64,000 bases of DNA from a virus (taxonomy: Duplodnaviria > Heunggongvirae > Uroviricota > Caudoviricetes), in the IMG/VR virus record IMGVR_UViG_3300017565_000001, positions 77,741 through 141,740 of that record; one strand, 5' to 3'. Below the pieces are notes generated by a model that worked only from the letters and a program-made list of their open reading frames with translations, was not told the origin of the DNA and ran no database searches. This document shows, piece by piece, positions 10,195-18,577 of the stretch. Positions within the stretch are counted from its first letter, which is position 1. The number at the start of each line of letters is the position of its first letter. The position numbers and the translations under genes are program-made.

Positions 10195-10251
10195 CTAATT
10201 GGCTTGCCAATCGTAAACTGACTTACATGCTAATCATCTCGGTAAGGACCC

Positions 10252-10548
10252 ATGACTGACACCACTCTCCAAAACCAGACCGTCACCAAGACCGCTACGA
10301 TCTCCTTGTGGAATCTGATCCTGCTGAATGACGATTTCACCCCGATCGACTTCGTGATGCAAGTGCTGATTGAACTCTGTGGCAAGACTGATCAAGAAGC
10401 ATACGCAATCACGATGGACATTCACAACACTGGGCGTGGCGTCGTTTCGACCTACACGGAAGAAATCGCCAAGCAAAAGGCCCACGACATCACGCTGATC
10501 GCCGCGCAGAACAAACATCCGCTCAAAGCGATCGCTGAAGAAGCATAA
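10252..10548 (+). CDS. clpS: ATP-dependent Clp protease adaptor ClpS
   Basis: LILLNDDFTPIDFVMQVL...HNTGRGVVSTYTEEIA...QNKHPL is collinear with the ClpS core (VILVNDDYTPMEFV...HYQGKAICGVFTAEVAE...ENEHPL). Confidence 0.85.
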   Translation: MTDTTLQNQTVTKTATISLWNLILLNDDFTPIDFVMQVLIELCGKTDQEAYAITMDIHNTGRGVVSTYTEEIAKQKAHDITLIAAQNKHPLKAIAEEA

Positions 10549-10570
10549 CAGGTAACTGGTCCTAAATACT

Positions 10571-10600
10571 GGGGAGAACAATTGTTCTCCCCATCAACTT
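10571..10600 (+). terminator. intrinsic terminator
   Basis: GGGGAGAACAATTGTTCTCCCC hairpin followed by a T-rich tract. Confidence 0.6.
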
Positions 10601-10633
10601 TTCCAGCTTACATTTTGACAACATGATTTCGCA

Positions 10634-12205
10634 ATGTTAAAGTGTAGCCACAGAATAAGCTGTCAACCAACAATAAGAACAATGATTAGACAGAAAAAAT
10701 ACGGTAATGATTGGGCAATATTTTTGCCCTCGATTTCACAAATGTACGTTTTGGCACATGCAAAGGGCTGGGGTCGTATGCCAGTTGACTTTGATCTGCT
10801 GAACTTCGTTGATGAAGCGAACGCTCATCACTTCCACTATCCATACGCCCTGTATTCGGCCGGCCATGCTTACTTGGATCCCCAAAAGAGCAATGAACGT
10901 GAACCCATGATTCAAGGCCGTGATCGTACCAAGACGATTATGGTTGGTGACTCGGGTGGGTTCCAGGCCGCAACCGGCGTCCTGGATTTTGACTGGCAGG
11001 ATCCATTGAGCCAGAAGTCGATCGATCAACGCTTGGAGTTGATGCGCTGGCTTGAGCACACGGCCGAATACAGTATGGTTCTTGATTGGCCGGCTTGGGC
11101 TATTGACACTGGACGTCTGCCTCAAACCCTTATGGTTGCAGATCCCACGACTTCGCCCATGCAAGTCACGAACGATCCGTTCAACAACTGCTTGAAGGGC
11201 ACAATCTGGAACAATGAATTCTTCATCAAGAATCGCACACCAGGAGCCACCAAGTTCCTAAACGTTCTGCAAGGTCGTTCAATCGACGAAGCAAACGTGT
11301 GGTATGACGCAGTGAATCAGTTCAGCAGTGTTGAGAAGTATGGTGATCGAGCATTCGAGGGTTGGGCTCTGGGGGGTAGCACCGGGGGCGATCCCAGCCT
11401 CACCATGCGTCTTTTGATTCGACTGCGCGACGACGGACACCTTAATGGTGATGATCGCTGGATTCACGTCCTAGGGCGTTCCAGGCTGTCAACTGCCGTG
11501 TACTTGACGTCACTGAACCAAGCACTCAAACAACACGTAAATGAGAACTGTCAGATCAGCTACGACGCATCAAGTGCGTTCCTGTACTCGGTTAATGGCA
11601 CATACGTGACTGACTTCAATGTGTCACCCAAGCATATGGGTCTAGTGAGCGCTGACATTCCAATGGGTGCTCAATACGTGGGAAGCAAGGAACCCTTCAT
11701 CTATGCAGGTGTGTCTGCTGATCGTTTGGCCGATCCCACCCACTATAAGTCACCAGCCAGCAAGTTGCTGACTATGGGTGATTTGATTCTAGCTCCTGAC
11801 GAAAAGTCCAAGAAGCCATACAGGATGGATACTGCGTCCTACTATTACTTGATGGCGCATAATGTCCAGATGCAATTGAATGCTCTGGAATATGCAAACG
11901 CAAAACTGGACGCCCCCGATGCTGTGGATCATATTCCTGCCATCTTCCTGGAATTCAAGGACTTTGTGCATCGTTTGTTCACTACCGAAACGCCCATGGA
12001 TTTGATCGAACGTGAAGCTGGTAAGTTCAAGGATTTGATTTCTGGTGAGCGTGCTGGTGTTAGCGCACTGGAAAATCAAGAACTGTTCCCCAAGACAGCT
12101 GGTCTGGAAACGATCACGACTGACAACCGCGCCAAGAAGAAGGCACAAAAGCCGCCCAAGCCCGTGGAACCCACTAGTATGTTGGACGCTTTGCTGGCCA
12201 AGTGA
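10634..12205 (+). CDS. dpdA: DpdA-like DNA transglycosylase (tRNA-guanine transglycosylase superfamily)
   Basis: GDSGGFQ catalytic-Asp motif of TGT/DpdA. GWALGGSTGGD at the TGT GG-loop position. No CxCxxC...H zinc site, as in DpdA. Start likely at one of the ATGs at 10743-10790. Basic KKKAQKPPKP tail. Confidence 0.65.
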   Translation: MLKCSHRISCQPTIRTMIRQKKYGNDWAIFLPSISQMYVLAHAKGWGRMPVDFDLLNFVDEANAHHFHYPYALYSAGHAYLDPQKSNEREPMIQGRDRTKTIMVGDSGGFQAATGVLDFDWQDPLSQKSIDQRLELMRWLEHTAEYSMVLDWPAWAIDTGRLPQTLMVADPTTSPMQVTNDPFNNCLKGTIWNNEFFIKNRTPGATKFLNVLQGRSIDEANVWYDAVNQFSSVEKYGDRAFEGWALGGSTGGDPSLTMRLLIRLRDDGHLNGDDRWIHVLGRSRLSTAVYLTSLNQALKQHVNENCQISYDASSAFLYSVNGTYVTDFNVSPKHMGLVSADIPMGAQYVGSKEPFIYAGVSADRLADPTHYKSPASKLLTMGDLILAPDEKSKKPYRMDTASYYYLMAHNVQMQLNALEYANAKLDAPDAVDHIPAIFLEFKDFVHRLFTTETPMDLIEREAGKFKDLISGERAGVSALENQELFPKTAGLETITTDNRAKKKAQKPPKPVEPTSMLDALLAK

Positions 12206-12429
12206 TGGAAGATACCATTCTATTCTTCAAAGCCGAGTATTTGGGTGAAGTTAGGGAATGGCTCGAGGCCATGGGGGTTAACCCCCATGACGCCCTAAGC
12301 AAATTCCCCAAGTTACGGATAGATGGAATTGAGATCTTGATCCTCCCAGATCCGGATCTACAGATGATGTTCAAGCTCGCATTCAGCCATGCCGTATCAA
12401 ACAAATCAATCAAGATAACAAAGATATGA
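12202..12429 (+). CDS. small protein of the FKL(R/A)F-motif family
   Basis: Contains DPDLQMMFKLAFSH near the C-terminus. Paralogous to the 12900 gene. Confidence 0.5.
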   Translation: MMEDTILFFKAEYLGEVREWLEAMGVNPHDALSKFPKLRIDGIEILILPDPDLQMMFKLAFSHAVSNKSIKITKI

Positions 12430-12495
12430 TTGACGTTTGCTACTAATTGACAACGGGCCACCAATAAGCCATACTGAATACACTAACAAGGAACT

Positions 12496-12903
12496 TTGAT
12501 GTATAACAACCCCGTCCCCGTAGCTGTGGGGATTGTGCCAGTTTATGGCGATGATCAAACCGAACGCTTTCTGTTTATTCGCCGAGCAGTGGCACCAATT
12601 GGTGGTGTGGCTTGTGTGAGTGGGTACGTTGATGAACACGAATCCGCAGAACAAGCAATGGCAAGGGAATTCAAGGAAGAGGTTGGTATCGAGACTCTTC
12701 CAGAAAATTGGGTTGTGTTTGCCACCCGCTGCTCGGCGCACAATCGTCTGTTGGTATTCATGAAGCTAGTCAACTACCTGGTTCATGAAGATGACCTGAA
12801 TAGCTTTGTGCCCAATACCGAGGTTTCGGAAGTTCTAGTGGGCGATCGCCATACTGAACTTGTGTTCCCTTTGCAATCGGAAATTCTCAGCAAGCTCCCG
12901 TGA
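12496..12903 (+). CDS. Nudix hydrolase
   Basis: Nudix box GYVDEHESAEQAMAREFKEEVGI (GX5EX7REUXEEXGU). Confidence 0.8.
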   Translation: MMYNNPVPVAVGIVPVYGDDQTERFLFIRRAVAPIGGVACVSGYVDEHESAEQAMAREFKEEVGIETLPENWVVFATRCSAHNRLLVFMKLVNYLVHEDDLNSFVPNTEVSEVLVGDRHTELVFPLQSEILSKLP

Positions 12904-13166
12904 AGATCTATCACATTCACTATCAACAGATTGACGCAGTTACTCAATGGTTATTGGACAACAACGTCAAGCAGGAGAGTAATCCCCTACAATACTTGTC
13001 GGGGGTAGCGTCAGGCAATTCGTCTCGTCCCCTGAGAATGGTTCGCATATGGACTAGTGAAAAGAATTCGAAGCCATCAGGCTATTATGTGAACATCGAA
13101 GACCCCAATCTGATGGCAATGTTTGTTCTGGCCTTTAGTGAATACATCAAGGCTTACGATTTGTAA
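12900..13166 (+). CDS. small protein of the FKL(R/A)F-motif family
   Basis: Contains DPNLMAMFVLAFSEY. Paralogue of the 12202 gene. Confidence 0.5.
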   Translation: MKIYHIHYQQIDAVTQWLLDNNVKQESNPLQYLSGVASGNSSRPLRMVRIWTSEKNSKPSGYYVNIEDPNLMAMFVLAFSEYIKAYDL

Positions 13167-13224
13167 TTTGCAAATAACCACATCCACACCTATACTAAAC
13201 ACTCCATAAAACAAGGATAACAAC

Positions 13225-13743
13225 ATGGATCGCAATCAACCTGTACGTTTCTTCAAGGGCCTGGAAATCGAGGCCACCAACCACTTCCTGCAACCCACCA
13301 TGATCGCCCCTGGCCAGTATGACTACCAGGAATGCAAGGACATGGTTGTTGAACACAACTGCACTCACATTCTGATCGGTTTCATGTATGATCCGGCTGG
13401 TAATCCGCTGGATATGGACATTCCTCGTGCGTTCGAAACCGCCAACAAGCTGATGGCTGATGGCATTCGCGTCACTCTGGAAATTCGTCCGGACCAACTG
13501 ACTGACGAGTTCGTGGCAGCTTGCCCGGAACCCGACAGCGAATTCGGTAAGCTGTTCGTGATCCTGATCGGTACCCGCTTCCCCCGTATGGACAAGATCG
13601 GTGCCTACACGACGCTGAAGCTGCACAGTGATTTCGGCAACACCGAAAACGGTGGCGTGTGGTGTGTGAAGGCTGAAGACTTTAAGGAAGCTGGCATCTT
13701 CACTCCTTGGGTAGCTTACGAATTCGACGAGCACCTCAAGTAA
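13225..13743 (+). CDS. hypothetical protein (codon-optimised, probably abundant)
   Basis: 172 aa. Strong C/G third-position codon bias unlike neighbouring genes. Confidence 0.55.
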   Translation: MDRNQPVRFFKGLEIEATNHFLQPTMIAPGQYDYQECKDMVVEHNCTHILIGFMYDPAGNPLDMDIPRAFETANKLMADGIRVTLEIRPDQLTDEFVAACPEPDSEFGKLFVILIGTRFPRMDKIGAYTTLKLHSDFGNTENGGVWCVKAEDFKEAGIFTPWVAYEFDEHLK

Positions 13744-13768
13744 TTTGATTTACTGTTGAATAATATAT

Positions 13769-13786
13769 GGGGAGCCATTGCTCCCC
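13769..13786 (+). terminator. stem-loop (possible terminator)
   Basis: GGGGAGC-CATT-GCTCCCC. The downstream T-run is weak. Confidence 0.4.
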
Positions 13787-13798
13787 ATAAACATAAAC

Positions 13799-13978
13799 AT
13801 GACAAACGGACGTGACTGGATCTGGGATCCCAAGAAGCAAAAATACAAGAAAGTAACGGCCAAAATGAACAAGGCCCGAGAGAAAAAACGGCAGCAAGAA
13901 AAGTCTTGTAGCAAAAAGAAGAAGAATAGAAGCAACAGTATTTGGACCGTTAGTGGGGGTGGCGTAAATCCACGTTGA
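13799..13978 (+). CDS. small Lys/Arg-rich basic protein (59 aa)
   Basis: ATG at 13799. Content KKQKYKK...KKRQQEK...KKKKNRSN. Confidence 0.3.
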   Translation: MTNGRDWIWDPKKQKYKKVTAKMNKAREKKRQQEKSCSKKKKNRSNSIWTVSGGGVNPR

Positions 13979-14052
13979 CTGGGTTGACCACCAGGAAAAC
14001 CAGTGGCCCAAGTGATTTAATCAAACAGATATTTGATTAACAACATGGCGAG

Positions 14053-14074
14053 AAATTTCTCGCCATTCATTTGA
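14053..14074. promoter_or_regulatory. 22-bp perfect palindrome (hairpin/operator), followed by a TTGACT promoter
   Basis: ATGGCGAGAAATTTCTCGCCAT, preceded by inverted repeat TAATCAAA-N5-TTTGATTA (14028-14052). Confidence 0.4.
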
Positions 14075-14125
14075 CTTTTGTTTCACATGGTAGTACAGTG
14101 AATCATCTAAACTTTGGAGAACATC

Positions 14126-14431
14126 ATGCGCTATCTCATCGCAACCTTTCTGCTGGTCATTGGTGCAAATGCCCAAGCGAACGACACCTGGAAGAAGCAG
14201 TGTTCTGATATTTCCGATACTGCCAAAGCGGTGATGAACGCCAGGCAAGCAGGCGTTCCCACGGCCAAACTCATGGAGGTTGCTGGCGACAACAAGGGTA
14301 TGGAAACGATGATCATCCAAGCCTACGAGCGGCCACGCTACAATTCGCCCGAATACAAGGCTCGTGCTTCGGTGGACTTTGCTGAAACCTGGTACGTCAC
14401 CTGCGTTCGCGTTCTTCGCGATAAGAATTAA
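14126..14431 (+). CDS. secreted/periplasmic small protein
   Basis: Signal peptide MRYLIATFLLVIGANAQA. Confidence 0.55.
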   Translation: MRYLIATFLLVIGANAQANDTWKKQCSDISDTAKAVMNARQAGVPTAKLMEVAGDNKGMETMIIQAYERPRYNSPEYKARASVDFAETWYVTCVRVLRDKN

Positions 14432-14452
14432 TCAATGCTGGTCTAAAGTGCA

Positions 14453-15091
14453 TTGACTCTTGCACCAAACATAGGATACATTATGACGTATGACGTCAAA
14501 ACTGAGGCGGCGCTTGCGCAATTGCGGCCCATTCCGTATAGCTTCTCGTTTATCGAAATGCGAAAATACTTCGCTACGGTTCGAGTTGCTCAGGAACATC
14601 CGGCCGTATTCAAGCAGGGTATGCGCAACATTCATGGCTTCACTGATGAGCGACTTGATGCCGAGGTGAATAGTTCCTTCGATAAGAAGGTGTACTCGTT
14701 CATGTTGAACATCATGTTGGTCGAATATGAGCTGGACGAATTCAAAAATCTACAAGAATACGAGGCTTTGCCGTACTCCCTTTTGGGCCTCGCTCACTTG
14801 TACGCCTCAGGTACTGTTCGCCAAGATCAAGCAAAAGCTCTGTTTGATATGGTGATGGGAAGGCCGGGACTTAAGCTGGATGAAATTCTGATCCTAACCA
14901 ATTTTCTTCAGGAACAACCCATCGCCAACCTGGATGCCATCATCATGCAGGTCATCGCCAACAATCCCAAGCCCATCCAGGAATACAAATCTGGCAAGGA
15001 GAAGGCACTGGGTGCTGTCATGGGTCAAATCATGAAACAAGTTAAGGGTGACGCTTCTGCAATTCGTTCCCGTTTGTTGGAACTCATCTGA
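14453..15091 (+). CDS. GatB/YqeY-domain-containing protein
   Basis: C-terminal IQEYKSGKEKALGAVMGQIMKQVKGDASAIRSRLLEL matches the YqeY/GatB C-terminal domain (YKAGKEK...G.FVGQVMK.TKGKANP). Confidence 0.55.
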   Translation: MTLAPNIGYIMTYDVKTEAALAQLRPIPYSFSFIEMRKYFATVRVAQEHPAVFKQGMRNIHGFTDERLDAEVNSSFDKKVYSFMLNIMLVEYELDEFKNLQEYEALPYSLLGLAHLYASGTVRQDQAKALFDMVMGRPGLKLDEILILTNFLQEQPIANLDAIIMQVIANNPKPIQEYKSGKEKALGAVMGQIMKQVKGDASAIRSRLLELI

Positions 15092-15119
15092 AGTTGTCAC
15101 TTGACGCGAGGGCAGATGA

Positions 15120-15887
15120 GTGTATCATCTGGTTCTTATTCATTTAGGGGGTACCATGGCTGCTGATCGTGCAAGTTTTATTGACCTGATCATCAATGAT
15201 AATGGCGTCACGTTCGGCGCCCTTAAGCTTTCCGAGATCATGGCACAGGGCAAAACCCAAGAAGCAGTCTTGGCCCGCCAGGATTACCTGGCACATCCAG
15301 CAGTAAGGGCTGCGAGCGAATCCGACCTTTTTCACATCGAGCGCTGGTTCACCCATGCAATCGAAACCACCAAAGTCATTCGTGGCCGAGAGATGGAATA
15401 TTTCCTGGAGCGATATCGCCAATATGGCCTTGACGTAGAAACGTCCGTGGGTCCGCGTCCCTACAGCTTCAGCGTGACTCACCACCATGACGGGGTACCG
15501 TACGCTCTGTACCACAATCAAGCCCACGTCGGCCAGTTTGATGTGTCCAAGGTAAAGCACAACATGGAGCACATCCTGCCTTTGATCGAGCGCCATCATG
15601 ACATGATCAAAAGCATTTACGATTACCTGAAAATGAAAGTTGAGGGAGATCTATGGGTCTTGAGTGGTGGTGGTTCCCAGCTGCAAGCATTCTTCACCAA
15701 CAAGACTGGCTATTTGGGTATCTTGTATCTGGACATGGTGAATCTGAGTGATCAGACCCGTTTGAGTGATAGTGGTTTACTCAAAGCCTCTGGGAACGAA
15801 TCGTTCACCCTTGTACCCAATTTCGACCACAACAAAACGCTGTTCAAGAATATGAAAGTACCAGGGGTTAAAGTACGACGTGCCTAA
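15120..15887 (+). CDS. hypothetical protein
   Basis: 255 aa ORF. Start possibly at 15156. Confidence 0.5.
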   Translation: MYHLVLIHLGGTMAADRASFIDLIINDNGVTFGALKLSEIMAQGKTQEAVLARQDYLAHPAVRAASESDLFHIERWFTHAIETTKVIRGREMEYFLERYRQYGLDVETSVGPRPYSFSVTHHHDGVPYALYHNQAHVGQFDVSKVKHNMEHILPLIERHHDMIKSIYDYLKMKVEGDLWVLSGGGSQLQAFFTNKTGYLGILYLDMVNLSDQTRLSDSGLLKASGNESFTLVPNFDHNKTLFKNMKVPGVKVRRA

Positions 15888-16125
15888 ACTCTTGTACCTG
15901 GTCGTCACCGGGATTCCTTCTCCCGGTGACATGACACCGGCATTTTTTGACTTGCTGGACTTCATCAACAATGTTGGTACTGATCAATGTTCATTCTCCA
16001 GAATGAACAAATCGCTCTATGAGAAGCACCATGAAGCCATGATCATTTTCAAGGATCAGAACGATTATGTGCGATTCAAACTGCGATTTTCTGATGACTT
16101 TGCTATACGAACGGCCCACTGTTAA
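15880..16125 (+). CDS. small protein of the FKLRF-motif family
   Basis: C-terminal NDYVRFKLRFSDDF. Confidence 0.5.
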   Translation: MPKLLYLVVTGIPSPGDMTPAFFDLLDFINNVGTDQCSFSRMNKSLYEKHHEAMIIFKDQNDYVRFKLRFSDDFAIRTAHC

Positions 16126-16207
16126 CTTTGGTGACGTTGTCAACAAATAGACTTTAGAGTGGCGCCAATGTAAAGTTCTCCAAACATTTCCCCATAGGAG
16201 AATTCAT

Positions 16208-16603
16208 TTGTCATTCGCTCGCAATATGCAAACCGTAAATGTGGATCGCATCAAGCTTCTGGAAGCCCTGAAGGCCAATCTGGAGATCCATCGTACTGAA
16301 TATGCCCAAGCACTGATCGACTTCAAGGATCGTCTGGAGCAAGATCTGAAGCTGGCCGCCAAGAAGGTCAGTAAGACAGAACCCAAGGACCTGCGTGACT
16401 TCAACTTCACGGTCAATTTCCCTCAGAATCACGAACGTGAATTCATTGAAGTTATTGACATGCTGGAACATTCGGTTGACACCACGATCAACTTGGATTC
16501 GGCAAGCTTCCGCGCTTATATCAAGAATGAATGGGCGTGGGCTCATTCTTTCAAGATGCTGAACAGCAGCTACAAGATTGGCGGCTCGATGCTGGGTAAC
16601 TAA
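16208..16603 (+). CDS. hypothetical protein
   Basis: 131 aa. Codon-optimised. Confidence 0.5.
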   Translation: MSFARNMQTVNVDRIKLLEALKANLEIHRTEYAQALIDFKDRLEQDLKLAAKKVSKTEPKDLRDFNFTVNFPQNHEREFIEVIDMLEHSVDTTINLDSASFRAYIKNEWAWAHSFKMLNSSYKIGGSMLGN

Positions 16604-16620
16604 TCTACCCACATACCAAT

Positions 16621-16645
16621 AAACCACCTTCGGGTGGTTTCATGC
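16621..16645 (+). terminator. intrinsic terminator
   Basis: AAACCACC-TTCG-GGTGGTTT. Confidence 0.5.
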
Positions 16646-16686
16646 CATTTCGTGTTAGAGTTTGGTAAACACACTGGCCTCACGCT

Positions 16687-16929
16687 ATGTTCATAATAAA
16701 ACTGCTAGTAACAAAAGTCTCACCAGAAGGAAATATCTATCGCGCGATATTAGAATGGTGCAATCAAAATGATATTCCATTCCATGAAATAGGAATGGAG
16801 GCAGATGACTGGGATCATCGTATTCGGATGGGAACGGTGCAGATTACCAAGCTCACCCAATTCCAATACATTGAACTCGCGCATGTTCTAAATGGTGATT
16901 ATCAGGTCGAATTCAGGTATTTGCCATGA
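16687..16929 (+). CDS. hypothetical small protein
   Basis: 80 aa ORF. Ends VEFRYLP, a degenerate family motif. Confidence 0.4.
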   Translation: MFIIKLLVTKVSPEGNIYRAILEWCNQNDIPFHEIGMEADDWDHRIRMGTVQITKLTQFQYIELAHVLNGDYQVEFRYLP

Positions 16930-17186
16930 AAGTAATGAACATCGACGTGCTGGCATATGAAGACGAAGGGTTGGCGTTTATTGTTGATCTCGAAGATTTA
17001 ATTTTGAACGACTCGGCGTTCAAACACGTAAGAATAGTCAGATGCATAAATCGATATTCATACGAACGAACTAATCGCAAGTATACCATCTTTTCAAAAA
17101 TAACAGGCTTGAGTGACGAACAGATAGTGATGTTGACGTTGAAACATTCTGGAATCATCCAAATCAAAGTTAACCGTTTGCCCTAG
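16926..17186 (+). CDS. hypothetical small protein
   Basis: 86 aa ORF coupled by an ATGA overlap. Confidence 0.4.
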   Translation: MKVMNIDVLAYEDEGLAFIVDLEDLILNDSAFKHVRIVRCINRYSYERTNRKYTIFSKITGLSDEQIVMLTLKHSGIIQIKVNRLP

Positions 17187-17208
17187 GGCTTGACTGATAT
17201 GGCTAACG

Positions 17209-17490
17209 ATGCCATACTGCGAGCACTTTCATAAAGGATCCCAAATGTCCGAAGTTGACCACCTGAAGAACACCAAGACGAAGTCGCTGGAAGATGACAG
17301 CAAGATTTCGGAAGCCGAACTCCATGCAACTCATCCGCACATAAAAGAAGGTTGGGACGACCTGCAAGCTCTACGTCGTGAAATTGCGCTGAAGAAGCAA
17401 GAGGCCAGCCGCAAGGTCGACGCTGAATATAAGGAACGTCTCACTGAGTTGAGCGACAACTACGCTCTTCTGTTGACGATGTCGAGGTAA
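17209..17490 (+). CDS. small coiled-coil protein (cassette copy 1)
   Basis: Ends NYALLLTMSR, paralogous to the 24361 gene. Coupled by GAGGTAAGCATGTCG to the next gene. Start maybe 17245. Confidence 0.55.
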   Translation: MPYCEHFHKGSQMSEVDHLKNTKTKSLEDDSKISEAELHATHPHIKEGWDDLQALRREIALKKQEASRKVDAEYKERLTELSDNYALLLTMSR

Positions 17491-17492
17491 GC

Positions 17493-18569
17493 ATGTCGGT
17501 AACTATTCCCGAAAAGGTGTACGTGGGGTTTCAGGGTCGGCGCGATCAAGACGAAGTACCACTGGGTTTCATGACGCCGTACACGGATGACGAGGCTGGC
17601 AAGAAACGCCAGTCAACTGTTGATCAATGGGCTGGCGGTCGCAACTACGGCAAAACCAAGACGTTCAACAGTGTCATCATCGACAACGAACCCATGTATG
17701 GATTCCGACTGGGACGTGCGATTCGTCGTTCGGGCCACTTTGGCTCCGGTGCCTCGTATGTTCGTATCGAAGACCCCAGGGGCTTTGAGCTGGAAATCAG
17801 CATCGAGAACTTGGTTGCTATTCTGGAAGACGTTGCGATGGAGCGCTGTGAATTCGTGGGCGCTCTTATTTGGGGCCGTGTTGCCGGCAGTCAAAAGAAC
17901 CTGCTTATGGCGGTTGACAGCGATCTGTATCGTGGCGCAGTCAAAACCAAGGCAGCAGTTGCCCAGGCCCTCCCATGCAAAGATTTCAGTATTGGCGACA
18001 AGATCGAAGCAGTGACTGGTGAAACCGGCATCTACATGGGTATGCTGTATGGCGTATCTGATGGTTGGAAAGAGCCCGAAACCATGTCTGGCAAGAAGCC
18101 GGTACTGAAAGTCACGTATGATGACAATTCCGTAGAATACGTGGGGTTCGTGGATCTCAAGGGTTCCATCTTGGAGAAGCATACTGGTAATGCGTTGACG
18201 GTTCAGGATTCCGAAAACGAAATCGCTGCCGCCCTAGCCGTCAATCAGTTCATATGCGATTACAAGGGAACAACAGACGTTATCGCCTGGTTCGCCAAGA
18301 AACCACACATTATTTCTACCCACAAGGCAGTGGGTGAAGATCAAATGCACGTTCTGTTTGACAACGACCCGAGTTCATATTCGTATTTCAAATGTCGAGT
18401 AGGTTATGGCACGGAATACACTATGAAGCGCGATGACAATCGAGTGATTACGATTCAAAAATCCTATCACTATAGCAGTCAGCCCACCCATATCAATATC
18501 GAATGGGACAAAGTTGAACTCGCCGGCCATAAGATCAGCAGCGCGACTAATTCCGTCGACTATTTCTAA
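17493..18569 (+). CDS. hypothetical protein, paralogue L1
   Basis: Shares VYVGFQGRR...PLGFMTPY...KRQ.TVDQWA...FNSV...PMYGF.LGRAIRRS...ASYVRIEDPRGFELEISIENLV with the 18578 and 24603 genes. Confidence 0.65.
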   Translation: MSVTIPEKVYVGFQGRRDQDEVPLGFMTPYTDDEAGKKRQSTVDQWAGGRNYGKTKTFNSVIIDNEPMYGFRLGRAIRRSGHFGSGASYVRIEDPRGFELEISIENLVAILEDVAMERCEFVGALIWGRVAGSQKNLLMAVDSDLYRGAVKTKAAVAQALPCKDFSIGDKIEAVTGETGIYMGMLYGVSDGWKEPETMSGKKPVLKVTYDDNSVEYVGFVDLKGSILEKHTGNALTVQDSENEIAAALAVNQFICDYKGTTDVIAWFAKKPHIISTHKAVGEDQMHVLFDNDPSSYSYFKCRVGYGTEYTMKRDDNRVITIQKSYHYSSQPTHINIEWDKVELAGHKISSATNSVDYF

Positions 18570-18577
18570 GGAAGCAA

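Noticed and set aside
13225-13743. Possible 7-deazaguanine pathway enzyme (FolE/QueF-like) partnering DpdA
   Set aside because: No recognisable GTP cyclohydrolase I or QueF motifs are visible (CEHH or E/C catalytic residues). The codon bias suggests an abundant non-enzymatic protein instead.
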